This document shows, in pieces, positions 23,901 through 37,300 of a DNA stretch of 64,000 bases; the first letter of the stretch is position 1; every line of letters starts with the position of its first letter. The position numbers were made by a program, and so were the translations under genes. Under the pieces are notes generated by a model. That model was given only the letters and a program-made list of their open reading frames with translations, made no database searches and was not told the DNA's origin. The stretch comes from Mizuhopecten yessoensis (taxonomy: Eukaryota), in assembly GCF_002113885.1 (NCBI RefSeq), contig NW_018408922.1, forward strand, positions 382,462 through 446,461, in the 5' to 3' direction.

Positions 23901-26900
23901 GACAAGTAAAACCTGTTGACACTCCTTCTCGAGTTGACATCAACATGCAGAAATGTTCACGTGAAACCTATTTTTGTATGCGTGTGTTGAAGCAGGGAAT
24001 TATATTCTGTGGTTTAAGTAAGATTTTCTTCTGAGCGGTACGTAACCATGACAGAGTTGACGCTCCTTTTACAGTCCTTTCTATCACGGGGTGTGTTAAT
24101 GTAAAGCGTTGTCTGGGTGGATAGGTGGACGGCTTGGTGACCGAAGAATTAGGATTCAAATTCCAGAGCATAACTTCCTTCTTGATATTTCACCTACATC
24201 CACAGAGAAAGTTATCTCTGTCACAGAGTAAACATCACCATATGAATCAAATCCAACACAACATCACAAGACAGTACAATTTACATATTTGACAGTAGGT
24301 AAATTTATTCATCTTTTAAATATTGAAGAAATTTATACAAAAATAACATAGAGTGACATGCATTAGTGATGCAACAGGAGAGTCGGGTAATGATAAATAG
24401 TTTGATATGAGAAGCACTACACACACGTAGGACAATACGGCTATCACAATGGCCGCCGCTCCTCAAGAGGGGGAACCAGAGGCAAAAAAATATGTACAAG
24501 TCAACTCGATAATCGTTTAACAAAGTCAATATTTAAAGTAATAAAATTTTATATCTATTGGTGAACCACATGGGGGGAGATTGATGAAAAACAAACAATT
24601 TTAAACACAGGGAAGGGTCATGGATGATAATATACAACGTCGACTCAAATAGATCTTGCCTACAAGTAGACAATATCAAACAGATTTATACAGTCTCAAC
24701 ATTATCAATACTGAAAATAATTCTGTTTAAGCAAAATTAATTACACATTTTTTAACTTCCACATGCATAACACTCTTTTCACTTCCACATACATAACACT
24801 CATCAACTCTCATGCACAGTGTAACTATCTCAAGCGACTACAGAACTCTATGTAAAGCAAACTTCCTTCTGTACCCCAGGGGTACAGGTATACACATCTG
24901 ATACAACACGTACTTAAAATTTTGCAATGTGAATCCATATCTGTTCCAAACAAACGAATCATCATAGCAGTGCTTGCATGGCCTAGACAATTCTCACATG
25001 TGTATAATATGATCAAGATAACTGATTACAGAACAGGATACAGCAATCATCCCTATGGAAACTCCCCATTTAATTTAACTATTTGAAAGTGCGTTAGATG
25101 GTCCACCTGGGAAATTTGTCAGCAAACACTGAGTGAAATAAAGATTCACCTTCATGCCAATAATAGAATATAAGCATAGGGCAAAACCTTGGATGAAATA
25201 ACATCGCTATAGGGAAAAGTGTAAAGTCCAGACACTTTCCCATAAAAGGAAATTGATTTCCAAATCTGACTATGTTTATAATAAAAAACATCTTTTTGAA
25301 AAATAATGATTTTCCAAGAAAAATGTACCCTGTGAATTACAATTTTCTTGAGTTCTGATTAAAATATTAAGCAATATGGTAGCACACTAACCAGAGAAAG
25401 CTTTCACCAGCTGCGAGCACAGGCTTGTCACTGTCAACCTATGCAAAGCCATCAACTACATGAATATCTCTCATATTTTTTACAAAAATAGATGGACAAG
25501 TATCTTAAATATAAAGTCAAAATCAGCTAAAATGAGGAACATTTTCAAATTGACCATATAAATAGAATTACCTAACCTTGATTTCACTGTACCTAATACC
25601 ATTTCTCATAGAAATTATTTTACAAATTTCTACAGTATAAAAATTTTAACAACTAAGGTATCACAAAATGATCAAATATATGTACTTTACTATGAAAAGC
25701 TATGAAAATATTTCTCTCCAAGCTACGGTACAGCATCATTAATCCAGCCTCCAGCTCAATCCACTGATCTGATTGTCCCACAACAGTATACAGTGATATT
25801 GAATGTTGTATTTGTAATCGTCATGTATGAACCCGACAAGCATACAGAAAACAAATGTGTATGCAAACCATATATATAACATCTGTGCTCATAAAACTGT
25901 TCAAATATATCTTCCAATCAATATTCATTTTTTTACATTGAGCTAACAGTCATTTATTCTCTAAACAATCTTAGTCACTTGTGAGATTGTTTCAAAGCTA
26001 CTCAATGATATTTGACACAGACAGCTTAATTGCACTCATTGTGCCATGAACAAAATGTCAATCTGACCGGTACAAAAAGTGATAAAACAAAGAAAATAGA
26101 GATATTATTATCAAACCGTTATTGTGAGGGACATGTTTCTCATTTTTTTTTTCATATTTTTTAAAAAATAATTCAGCCTTTTTATTATATGTTGCAATTT
26201 TAACTAGGAACACATACAGCTGAAATTTCCATTGGTAACATAGGTATCAGGATTTTCTACTCGGTATACTATATAAGTGGATTATTGAAGCTTGAATGTC
26301 TACAACAAGTTGCTTAACACATCATCAACTGTGTAAATTACTGATGCCAAAAAAAATACAAATAACAAAATGATTGCAATCTTTTGATGATGCAAGTATA
26401 ACAAATTTCAAAACATACATAAATAACGCAACTATTTAACACATTAACTGTCATTATATATTTTTTCCCCCGAAAATACTCTTTTATAAAAATTATTTAT
26501 TCTTCCTGTAAATATGAACTCAAAACATGGATATAACACAAACAATGTCATGGATAATTATATATGTAATGTATCACCCCACCAAGGTACTCGCACCACA
26601 ATCGGTGATTGCAGAGAACTGTCGAAGAAATCTAGTTGTATCGTTTACAACAATAAATAAATGTCATCTATATCAGTGGTTGTGCATGTTGTTACTTACT
26701 AAATACACATACTAAAACAGGTTTTCAATGAAACCTCAGAAAAAAAAGGGGAAAAAAAAGGGTCCCTTTTGACGTAATTTGCTACAGCTAAATGTTTGTG
26801 TAGAAAATATTAACCGAGGATACAATATAACTTTGTTGTAATTTGAATTTGATATGAACAGGCTCATTTAGGTATATCCAAGTTGTCTCTTCAATCAATT

Positions 26901-28322
26901 TTAACTGGGCATCTCTCAATACAGATGGCCGAGAAGATTTCTTTGTCAATATCTAAATGTATACTGTAGAAAGCCAATATTATCCAAACCCAACGAATAC
27001 ACAGTAATAGCTTTTACATGAAAATTTTGGATAACCTGTTTCATAGTATTGAACCAAACTAATTATTGGTGGACTTGACTGAACGTTCTGATATTGGAAA
27101 GTTTGGATAATCAGGGTTCTGATCACTGGCATATACTGCTGTGATTCTTACTTATTTTAAGAAAGTCAAAATAAGTACATGTAGTATATAGCCTTGAACG
27201 ATATTGATGTACAGTGAACTGTGTACAATCATATTTTTAAGTCCCCTTTTCCGTTTTCTGAACAATCTCTTCATACTTTTTCCTTAATATGTCACCAAAC
27301 TCCGTTAAATGATAAAACTCCTTTAAAATGCAAAACTTTCTTGAACCAATGGTGGCAGAATGATGAAGTCTCACTATAGTGTTGTGCTGTGATGCATCAT
27401 ATCTATTAGGAAAATTATCTTATTACTTGCATCACTGTCTACAATAAATTCATCATCATGAAAATGCTAATAAGTATTCTTATAAAAGCTTCAAATAGCA
27501 TTCCAATTGCAAACTTCAAACTATAGCTACTAGACCGATTTCAAATTATAAACTAAGAACTACTTGGAAAAAAACCGTGAAAGAACAATTATCATTATTT
27601 CTGGATTGTGTAGACTATGAGATCCTTTCACACCAGGGGTGGGAAAAACTACCATTAACACACAGAACTCAATAAATGCTTCAAGTTGTCCTACAGTAAG
27701 TCTCCAGGCCCTAAATAACACTTCTCTTCAGGTATATCAAGGAAAAGCAGTAATATATGAACATGGTAAACACAGTAATGTTTGTTTACTGTTAAAAATA
27801 CCCAGGAACCCTTCCTGTAAATAGTAACAAAACATTCATTGTGTACATACACTTTCTAAACTTTACTGGACCTGTAAATTCAAAACTGAATCCATTTGCT
27901 TTATCGAATGAACAATGAAATTTTTAATTGAACTTACTTAATAATTAAAAAAAAGTTTGTTTGACTTGATATAATGTACATATATACCCAGTACATTGCT
28001 ATTTTGGTTTTTATTATATTTAAACTTAATGTAGATTGTAGATATATAAATTTATAATTGACTTGAACAAAAAATAGAGGTGAACATTTATTTGTTATAC
28101 TGAAGTGAAGAAGGGACATTTACCAAACAAACTATCCCATATATAGAGTTTTCAATCTGTAAAAAAAAAAATGCCAAATACATAGATTTCAGACAAAACA
28201 CAGGAAAATTAAAATTAAGTACAAACAACCATCACAAGCTGATGAGCAGCTTTATCACACATGTAGACAAAAATATGATAAATTTTGTATTCATACAAAA
28301 AACCTGCAATTATAATGATAAA

Positions 28323-28642
28323 AATAATAATTTGAGGTTGTTATATACCGCTTTATCACAATCTAGTTTGTAGGTCGTCTCAAAGCGGTTCACAAATTAT
28401 TATCTATGGTTATAGGGCCTTTGCAACCAGCCAACATCTTTCTCAACTCCCTGGGGAGCATACAGCTGGTGCTGCCATTTTGGCGCTAACAGCTATAGCA
28501 TTCTACATTTCTAGCACTGCCCAACCATGTACTCATTTACAGCTGAGTAGACTGGAACAAGCGGAATGAAGCATCTTGCTCAAAGAACCCGCAACCCTTC
28601 AGTCACAAGCCCGGCGTCCTACCACTAGACTTCCATGCCTCC
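28323..28642 (-). mobile_element. tRNA-derived CORE-type SINE
   Basis: Reverse complement of the copy at 61853-62205, with an internal deletion. Confidence 0.85.
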
Positions 28643-31012
28643 CCACCTGTACAGCTCTAGATCTAATCGTAATAATAACTAAACAATCCATCAATAGACT
28701 CGCACTGTACAGTCTACATGTAATCACAGGTATGTGCCATTTTATCAGTACAAATGTATATTTAATGATTATAAGTACATGAACATCGTCAATGTTGAAA
28801 AAATCAAATTTCCAAGTAGTCAAATAGTTATGATCGAAATATATGTACTGATATAAACTTACTTTTCTCACTTTTTGTTTTTGTTCAGTATTAAGAATCT
28901 AAACTTGATGTACTTTTCTTAGATGTTGTAAACCTCTTTTCATATTTCCTCAGTAAATTCTGTATTTTCAAAATTTCAATATTTGGCTGAAATTAACTTT
29001 GGTGCCAACTAGGGAAAGCTGCTGAGAAAAATTTACTAAGAAATTAAAGCATTTGATATTCAATCTAGCATTTATGTACCTGCCTAGCAACTGCTATTCA
29101 AAAATAGACTTCCTTATAAGCTGATGATACCGGATACATTTAAGTTCTTGGATATACGTGTATGTATAATTTTGTATATATATATATATATAATAGAAAC
29201 CATTGATCAACAAACAGATAATAAAAATGTTTTCTTTACCTGACATGAAATGTTGAACACAAAACAGTAGATCATAATATATTAATAATATTTAAATAAC
29301 AACACAATGTAGAATTAAAATAATAATAATAAATTAATATTTGGTCACAACACATGTCCTTGATCAGCTTTTCAATATGGCACAAATATCACCAACTTTC
29401 TAACCATGACAATAACACACAATAATAACCACCCGCGTAATGTCAGTCGTTTAACTCCAACAGTAACAAATTAGTATTAGACTCAAATTTTATGAATGAA
29501 AAAAATTTTTTAAAAAAAAATACATTCCAAGTTAGCTCTGTGAACAGGTTGTGTTTTGAATCTCTTTTCATATCTATGCATCAGAATCAACATCAGTGCT
29601 CTTGTGAGGTTTTTATCACATACTGTACTGTGTTATCCAGTGAATATACACATGTCATAATTTTTGGCGTATTAACCCATGTAATATGACCTATCAGCCC
29701 TGTGATTGGTTGTAAGTTTCAATTGTTTCAATTGTGACGTAACGCCTAGGACAAGTACATGACGTCACAGACTTACGCACTGGAGTCTAAATTGCAGCTT
29801 TTTACATTTCAAGGTTGCATGAAAATTGTTGTTTCACACAAATAAATGCCACAAATCTTGATTATGTGATAAAAATGATCTTACACTCGTTTTCATTTCA
29901 TAAGAAATTTATGAAACTCATCACAAATTTTTCATTTTAGCTCGCCAGAGGCTCGCTGAATTGATTTTTTTTTTAAACTCGTTTCATAAATCTCATATGA
30001 AATGGAAACTCATGTAAGATCCTACATGTAGATATATAACTTAACATACAGATTTTGTTGTTTTCAAAATACCCATGATATAAAATAGGTATTTAATTGT
30101 TATTTAGCTTCCCAAAGACATTTTCATTCTTTTAGACATATCTGTTCAGTCTAGCTGGGGTGGTATCAGGTCAAAAGTTTGCAACATTATACATCACATT
30201 TTATACATTTTTTTTGACATGCTTTTGATACAGATATGCCATTTATTGTCCAATTTTTTGGGAGAATTACACATTTCTGTATTAGATATCTAAATGCAAT
30301 TTACCTCTACATTCAGTCTTAAACTGTGATCCATACCTAGTCTAAAAGTGCTGGCTTCCAAAGAAATTCTAAACTAATTTAAATTAAATTTGTTGATGTT
30401 TTCAATTTGTATGAAAGAAATAGACAAACTAAAAGATAAAGGTACAAAGAAAAATAACAACAAAAAAATCGATCATCAAATTAAAAAAAAAAAAAAAGAA
30501 AAATCACAAACACCTTAACTCAATCAGCTAATTTGTGAAACAAGAACTTTGTATGTATGCGTTTAAAACCTCAAAAAAGCACCTTCAGAGTAACCTTTTT
30601 TTCGTATTATTTTAGCTAGTAAATGAATACCTGGTATACATGTCCTTACCAAAGAAAGTACATTTCAAGAAAGGAAGGCAATTTCACACTCATGTTGTCA
30701 TCGCTTTGAGTTTAATAAAAATAACTTGCCTGCAAATGGTGAGAAAATATACACTCAATTTTGTTGATTAACTACCCTGCTCGGTAATTAACACAGAGAT
30801 ATATTGACCGCCTTCTATTAGCATCATCTGTTACGTGTCAACCCTAACACAGATACAATCACCTGTCACACTTGTACAACTTTATACCTAGACGTGAAAT
30901 TAACAGCCAAGGGTAATAAGTACCGCTATCTTCTTTAATCTACTGTCTACAAACAATAGCCATATATTCTCAACTTAAAAAAACAAATCTTCACAATCAG
31001 TTTCCAATGTTA

Positions 31013-31233
31013 TTAGATATACATGGTACCCTTACGACAGTTTCCGCCCCTGACGTGATCAAAAATACTAGAAACCATAGTAACCGTTTTCATTTTCCGG
31101 TTTTGTCAAATGTATAAGGAACCATGGTAACTGCATCTGTTGCTGATGTGATCAAATATAAGGAACCATATGGCGACCGTTTCTGTCGTAAATGTGATCA
31201 AATATACATGGTGCCATGGTGACTGTTACCATC
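31013..31233 (-). repeat. Degenerate 46-nt tandem repeat of the BTBD7 C-terminal codons and stop
   Basis: Stops at 31198, 31152, 31106, 31059 and 31013, each preceded by TAY-ATY or TAT-TTT. Confidence 0.8.
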
Positions 31234-31350
31234 ACCAATGTCCAGCTCAAACTCTTCCTGAACGCGGACCTGTCCCATGGAGGAGGTTGCCATAGCAATG
31301 TCGGGCATAACGTCACTTAAGGCACTGTCACTACAAGGACTGGTGTTGGA
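31198..31350 (-). CDS. BTBD7: BTBD7 last coding exon
   Basis: TTTTCCAG acceptor; SNTSPCSDSALSDVMPDIAMAT...HHGTMYI*. Confidence 0.82.
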   Translation of the reverse strand, partial: SNTSPCSDSALSDVMPDIAMATSSMGQVRVQEEFELDIGDGNSHHGTMYI

Positions 31351-34300
31351 CTGGAAAACAAATCGTAACATTTTAATTCTCAAATATGAATACCGTTGAA
31401 CCTCATAAGCCGATACATTTTTAAGTCCTAAAAATACTGAAATAACAAATAACAATTTCCAGGATTATTAAAAAAAAAACGATAAGATTGAAAAAGGTAA
31501 AAAATATATCTCCAGATTTTCCTAGCCAATATTTACACGTTTCCATCATCGTTGGGCTTGGTCGTGTGGTCAAACAACTTGTTTTGGTTTTGATTATTAC
31601 TGGTAAATAGAGGTTTCCCAACGATTAACTGTTGGTTATCATGTTTATCTCACTCGAGTTAGTTAATTTTCAAACTGTATAAAGACATGGTTTTTGAGAG
31701 TCATGATAATCAACCATTACAACCTTTGTGACGTTTTTCTTCCACAACATTCAGATATTATCATCTAGAAAACTGCATGATTCTCTTGAGAATGCATTAC
31801 TCCTGTTTTCTGGACTTTATCATGTACTTTTTGAATTTCCAATGATTATGCTATCATTTATGTAAACATAAGTTCTTTGGATGCTAAGTTTAATAGACAA
31901 TGACAGATGTGTCTTATAATAAGCTATACCTCTTTTGACCTGCTGGGCTGGGTGCGGCTGGAAGTAACAGACACTACAGGCTTGGTAGGGCTTCCCATCT
32001 TGCTGCTGTGGCGGCTCAGCGGTGGACTGTTTTTCCGCCGAACTGGGGAGGAGTGATAACGCCGACCTTGTCTTAGCTGCAGTGATGCCGGCACAGACTC
32101 ACTATTAGAGTAATACCTTTGACTGTTCTGTAATATTTCAATGGTGATGTCTGGTAGACCAAACTCCCGTACTGTCCTGAGTTGAAGCTGGCAGTTGATG
32201 GCACGTCTGTCGCTGTAAGCCAGACTGGTTGCACGCTGACATAACTTGCTGCTCTGGAGCTCCTGTTCTCTCTGAAGCATCAGCTTTAAGGTGTTGGAGT
32301 CTGGTACTGAAAAAAAATTGTTTCTTGATGAAAATGCAATCCCAGGATGTGTACAATATAATCGCTAAATCTACCACGATCACTGATCTGACAGTTCTAC
32401 TAAATAGCCAGTGTTTCGGGGACAAATTTCCCTTTTCTATTCAAATGTGTTCCAGTAACACAGCTGTTCCATAATGAAATCCAATCACTAAATAGGGAAC
32501 AATGGGGATTTGATATGCTAGTCCCAACTCAACTGTCCAGGCTTCTATTTAAGTAATTTTATATTTAGACTTAAACTGTCCAATAATGTCTCTATAAAAT
32601 AAATTATAACATCTGTTTTCATTTCTTTCATAAAATATATCTCAAGCAAACCACTTTTAAGAGTGCAAAATAAACTAGGGTAAGGCTACTGAGTAATATG
32701 TTCTGGTGATCCCTTAAGTCACCAAGGAAAGATAACTGGCATAGTCTTCTAAAGGGTGACGGGAACTGGTTATACTAATTATAAAATAACTTTTGCTCTT
32801 TGAAAATTTCTATCAGAAAAGACTTGTACTAAAACCTTGTCACAGCAGTCCAAGGGAGATAACTGCACACAAAAAGTTGAAAATAGGAAAGGAATTTATA
32901 TTTTGCGCGGTTGACTACAAGGAATTAGCGCGAAATTGTTTTCTCTAATGGTACCCCGATAGGTGGCGACACCTGTAGGGCATGTGTAGCACGTGCAGCA
33001 AGTGTTGCTGGGACCTCAGTTCAGGTCAACGCACGGGTCAGGACGGAGGTATAGAAAATTTTATTTTTCTGAAAAAATAGTGGTAAATGTCTAGGAGATA
33101 CATTGTAGATGTGTAGGATAAAATATACATGACAAATTGTTGTAAAATGTTGTTTGAAATTATTATTAATAATTAAACAGTCACTGGTGCAGGCCGGTGC
33201 GTTGTGAACAGCCTATGGGTGTTTGTTGTTGCCACCTGGGGGGGGGGGTAATTAGAGAAGGGTCATTTCCCTCTGTCTCAAAAAAAGTGCAATATTGAAA
33301 ACAAAATAATGCAATGCCCAAAACCCAATTTTTCACCAATTAATTAATACTCATTATATTTTATACGGTTTATTTTTCAACCATTAATCATACCTACATA
33401 TTTAAAGGATGTTTTGTGACAAAATTATTGATATTTTAACAATGGAGTGTTTAATATTAAAACTCTGCAATTTCGACACAAAATATTCACATCTGAATTT
33501 TTTGAAGCGTAAAACGTCTTGAAATTGTCTTCCCTAAATTTTCTTCTTACAGTATTGTATTGAGGAAAGTTTTATGAGTCTGGATTTCTCTTGCACCAAA
33601 AAGTGTTTCTCAACATAAGCATTAAGATGTAAAACAAAGCCCCTATAAGTAAACATTTGCTAACTTTAACACTTAATTAACAGATGCCAAAGTTGTCTCC
33701 CATACGATTTTTACCTGTTATATATAGGATCATGTAGGGTGTGGGATATTATTTCTAATCTCCTTGGTTGTGATAAAGTTGAAATTATAGCATTTTGTAA
33801 TCCAATAATATCTAATTATTGGTATGAAAGTATTTTTTTTCACCCAAATATTATTCTTTCATAACACTATAAGACAAGGTAGTGAAAGTAAAGACTCAAA
33901 TGAAGGTATGTTTGAGATATAAATTTTTCATATCCTTCCCATTGATATATTATAGGGCCAATACTCCTACCTGGAATGGTGCCTGCGATTATGTCAACCG
34001 TTGAACTACTGGTCAAGCCCTGGTAACCAGAGGCCTGAGGATAGTGTGTTTCGTCCACCATGTACAGTGTGTCGGGGATGGCTGACATCTGGATTGTCCG
34101 TACTCGTCCAGTGTCCGAGTCCTGGCCCTGCGACAGAAACTCATCCCGCATGGACTGTGGAACAAAATTCAAAACAACATTATTTTCATCTATGTTTCAA
34201 ATAATCAGATAATATTAAATCAATTCCTTATAACATTCCTTACATTTCTCAAGTTTAAAAAAAAAGTTTTGTTAGCGATAACTATTTTACTTTTAAGACT

Positions 34301-37300
34301 CTTTTCATCAATATTTTATGAAAAGTAAATAACTGAAAATCCAATATTCAATAGCAAATAAAAAAAATTATGTTACAAAAGTAAGATTGTCCTACATATA
34401 AATTTAACAATTTAGTCTGGGCTATAAGACAACTGGAGTCTGAACTTGAAGCAAATAAAGTTGGAGTCTGAACTTGAAGCAAATTCAGTCTGAGCTATGA
34501 GATAAATGAAATCTGAATTAAAGGGTGTTTTTTCGAGAAATCAAGAGCAACTTGAATTTTTTAGTACCTTAGCTTCTTCAAAGTAGGGTGTGAAGATGCG
34601 CGGTCTCATAAACATGCCATTGTGTTTACTTCTGATCCAGGCACAAACTCTCTGTCCCCCCGTCGCCTCGTCTCCCAACATGTGGGAGGGAGGCGTGCTC
34701 ACCAAACCCCGCTTTATTGCACTATTAAGTACTTCACAATTATAAGGAATGATATGGTCGACACGAATCAGGGGAAGTAACTCTGCCAAGATGTCCCTCA
34801 GTTCTATGTCATTTAAATCTCTCTTCTTGACACCTTTCTTGCTTATACTGTGAGTGGTGTGACTCAGTAAGTTGGGTTCTGGAAAGAAATGTACATACAA
34901 TCTGTCATACATTAGATACATCAATGACATATATACAATGTACATTACAGTGTTTGTAATGGTTTTACCAGACAAAAATTAAAGTAAGTTTGCATTGTGC
35001 AGGTTTTTTTAGGCACATTACAGTAATGACATGACTCACACCTACAAAGTACAAAATGCAATTAACTAAAAGATCAATTTCTTTAAGGGCATGTATAGGA
35101 GGTTCTGGTTATTTTGGTTGCATTCACCAACAACTACAGCAAAAAACTAATATTTGTTATCAAAGTCAATGACACCAGATGATGGATCAACTCTCTATGT
35201 TATTTGGAGAATGCAATACAAACAGTGTCCTATGTACAGATGTTATACAGGCCGATACCTGTACAGTACATCTGAACTAAGTAACTGGACGCTGTACCTC
35301 TCTCCTCTATACGGCGAATCAGCTGATGTTCTCCCCACTTCAGGACGGCTGTTAGGACATCCAATTCTCCTGCCTAAAACACAGATGTCAACATTTAAAC
35401 TAATTCTTCTGCCTTAAACACCTGTTTTGCTGTTGAATCCACAAGTAATTGGGATTGTCATTTTAAAATTGAAAAATAAAAAATAAATCTTGTGACATTT
35501 TTTGACAACTGAGTCATTTGTTTGTATAATTGAACACTATGTGTCCTCCACAACAGGCTATTTAGGCAAAATGTCTGTAAAATATGCTTCAAAGGAAAAA
35601 CTTTAACATTTAATATGGAAGATTTACCTGTATGAAGTCTGAACTGAATGTCTCTATCAGGTACTCAACACTGAAGATTTACCTGTAGGAACTCTGAACT
35701 GAGTGATTTACCTGTAGGAAGTCTGAACTGAATGTCTCTATCAGGTACTCAACACTGCAGATTTACCTGTAGGAAGTCTGAACTGAATGTCTCTATCAGG
35801 TACCCAACACTGAAGATTTCCCTGTAGGAAGTCTGAACTGAGTGCCTCTATCAGGTAATCAACACTGAAGATTTACCTGTAGGAAGTCTGAACTGGATGT
35901 CTCTATCAGGTACTCAACACTGAAGATTAACCTGTAGGAAGTCTGAACTGAGTGCCTCTATCAGGTACTCAACGCTGAAGTTTTACCTGTAGGAAGTCTG
36001 ATCTGAATGATTTACCTGTATGAAGTCTGAACTGAATGTCTCTATCAGGAACTCAACACTGAAGATTTACCTGGAGGAAGTCTAAACCGAGTGCCTCTAT
36101 CAGGTACTCAACGCTGAAGTTTTACCTGTAGGAAGTCTGAACCGAGTGATTTTCCTGTAGGAAGTCTGAACTGGATGTCTCTATCAGGTACTCAACACTG
36201 AATATTTACCTGTAGGAAGTCTGAACCGAGGGATTTACCTGTAGGAAGTCTGAACTGAGTGCCTCCATCTGGTACTAAACACTGAAGATTTACCTGTATG
36301 AAGTCTGAACTGAATGTCTATCAGGTCCTCCACACTGAAGTTTTACCTGTAGGAAGTCTGATCTGAATGATTTACCTGTATGAAGTCTGAACTGAATGTC
36401 TCTATCAGATACTCAACACTGAAGATTTACCTGTAGTAAGTCTGAACTGAGTGCCTCTTTCTGGTACTAAACACTGAAGATTTACCTGTAGAAAGTGAGT
36501 GATTTACCTGTAGGAGGTCTGAACTGAGTGATTTACCTGTAGGAGGTCTGAACTGAGTGATTTACCTGTAGGAAGACTGAACTGAATGTCTATCAGGTAC
36601 TCAACGCTGAAGTTTTACCTGTAGGAAGTCTGATCTGAATGATTTACCTGTATGAAGTCTGAACTGAATGTCTATCAGGTCCTCCACACTGAAGTTTTAC
36701 CTGTAGGAAGTCTGATCTGAATGATTTACCTGTATGAAGTCTGAACTGAATGTCTATCAGGTACTCCTCACTGAAGTTTTACCTGTAGGAAGTCTGATCT
36801 GAATGATTTACCTGTATGAAGTCTGAACTGAATGTCTATCAGGTCCTCCACACTGAAGTTTTACCTGTAGGAAGTCTGATCTGAATGATTTACCTGTATG
36901 AAGTCTGAACTGAATGTCTCTATCAGATACTCAACACTGAAGATTTCCCTGTAGGAAGTCTGAACTGAGTGATTTACCTGTAGGAAGTCTGAACTGAGTG
37001 CCATTATATATATATAATTATCAGGTACTCAACACTGAAGATTTACCTGGAGGAAGTCTGAACCGAGTGATTTACCTGTAGGAAGTCTGAACTCAGTGCC
37101 TCTATTAGGTACTCTTTACTGAGATCCAGAAGAACAGGTGAGTGAATGACTTGTAGGAACTCCTCCCTCAGGTAGTGCAGTGCCTGGCGGTGGACCCACT
37201 GGGAACCGTGGGGCTCAGAACTCCAGTTGAGGATGTTGATCAGATTGTCTATGCCAATATTTTCCACTATGATGTCTTCACAACCTGTTCATTAAAACAT

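Noticed and set aside
31090-31200. Programmed stop-codon readthrough of BTBD7 (35 open codons after TGA)
   Set aside because: TGA-T is not a leaky context and an open stretch of this length can occur by chance.
35620-37075. CRISPR-like array
   Set aside because: No unique spacers; the units are copies of the adjacent exon end; eukaryotic context with no cas genes.
35620-37075. Dscam-style cassette of mutually exclusive exons
   Set aside because: Units cover only the last ~50 nt of the 209-nt exon; the possible 43-nt mini-exon is not a multiple of 3 and inter-unit gaps are too short to be introns.
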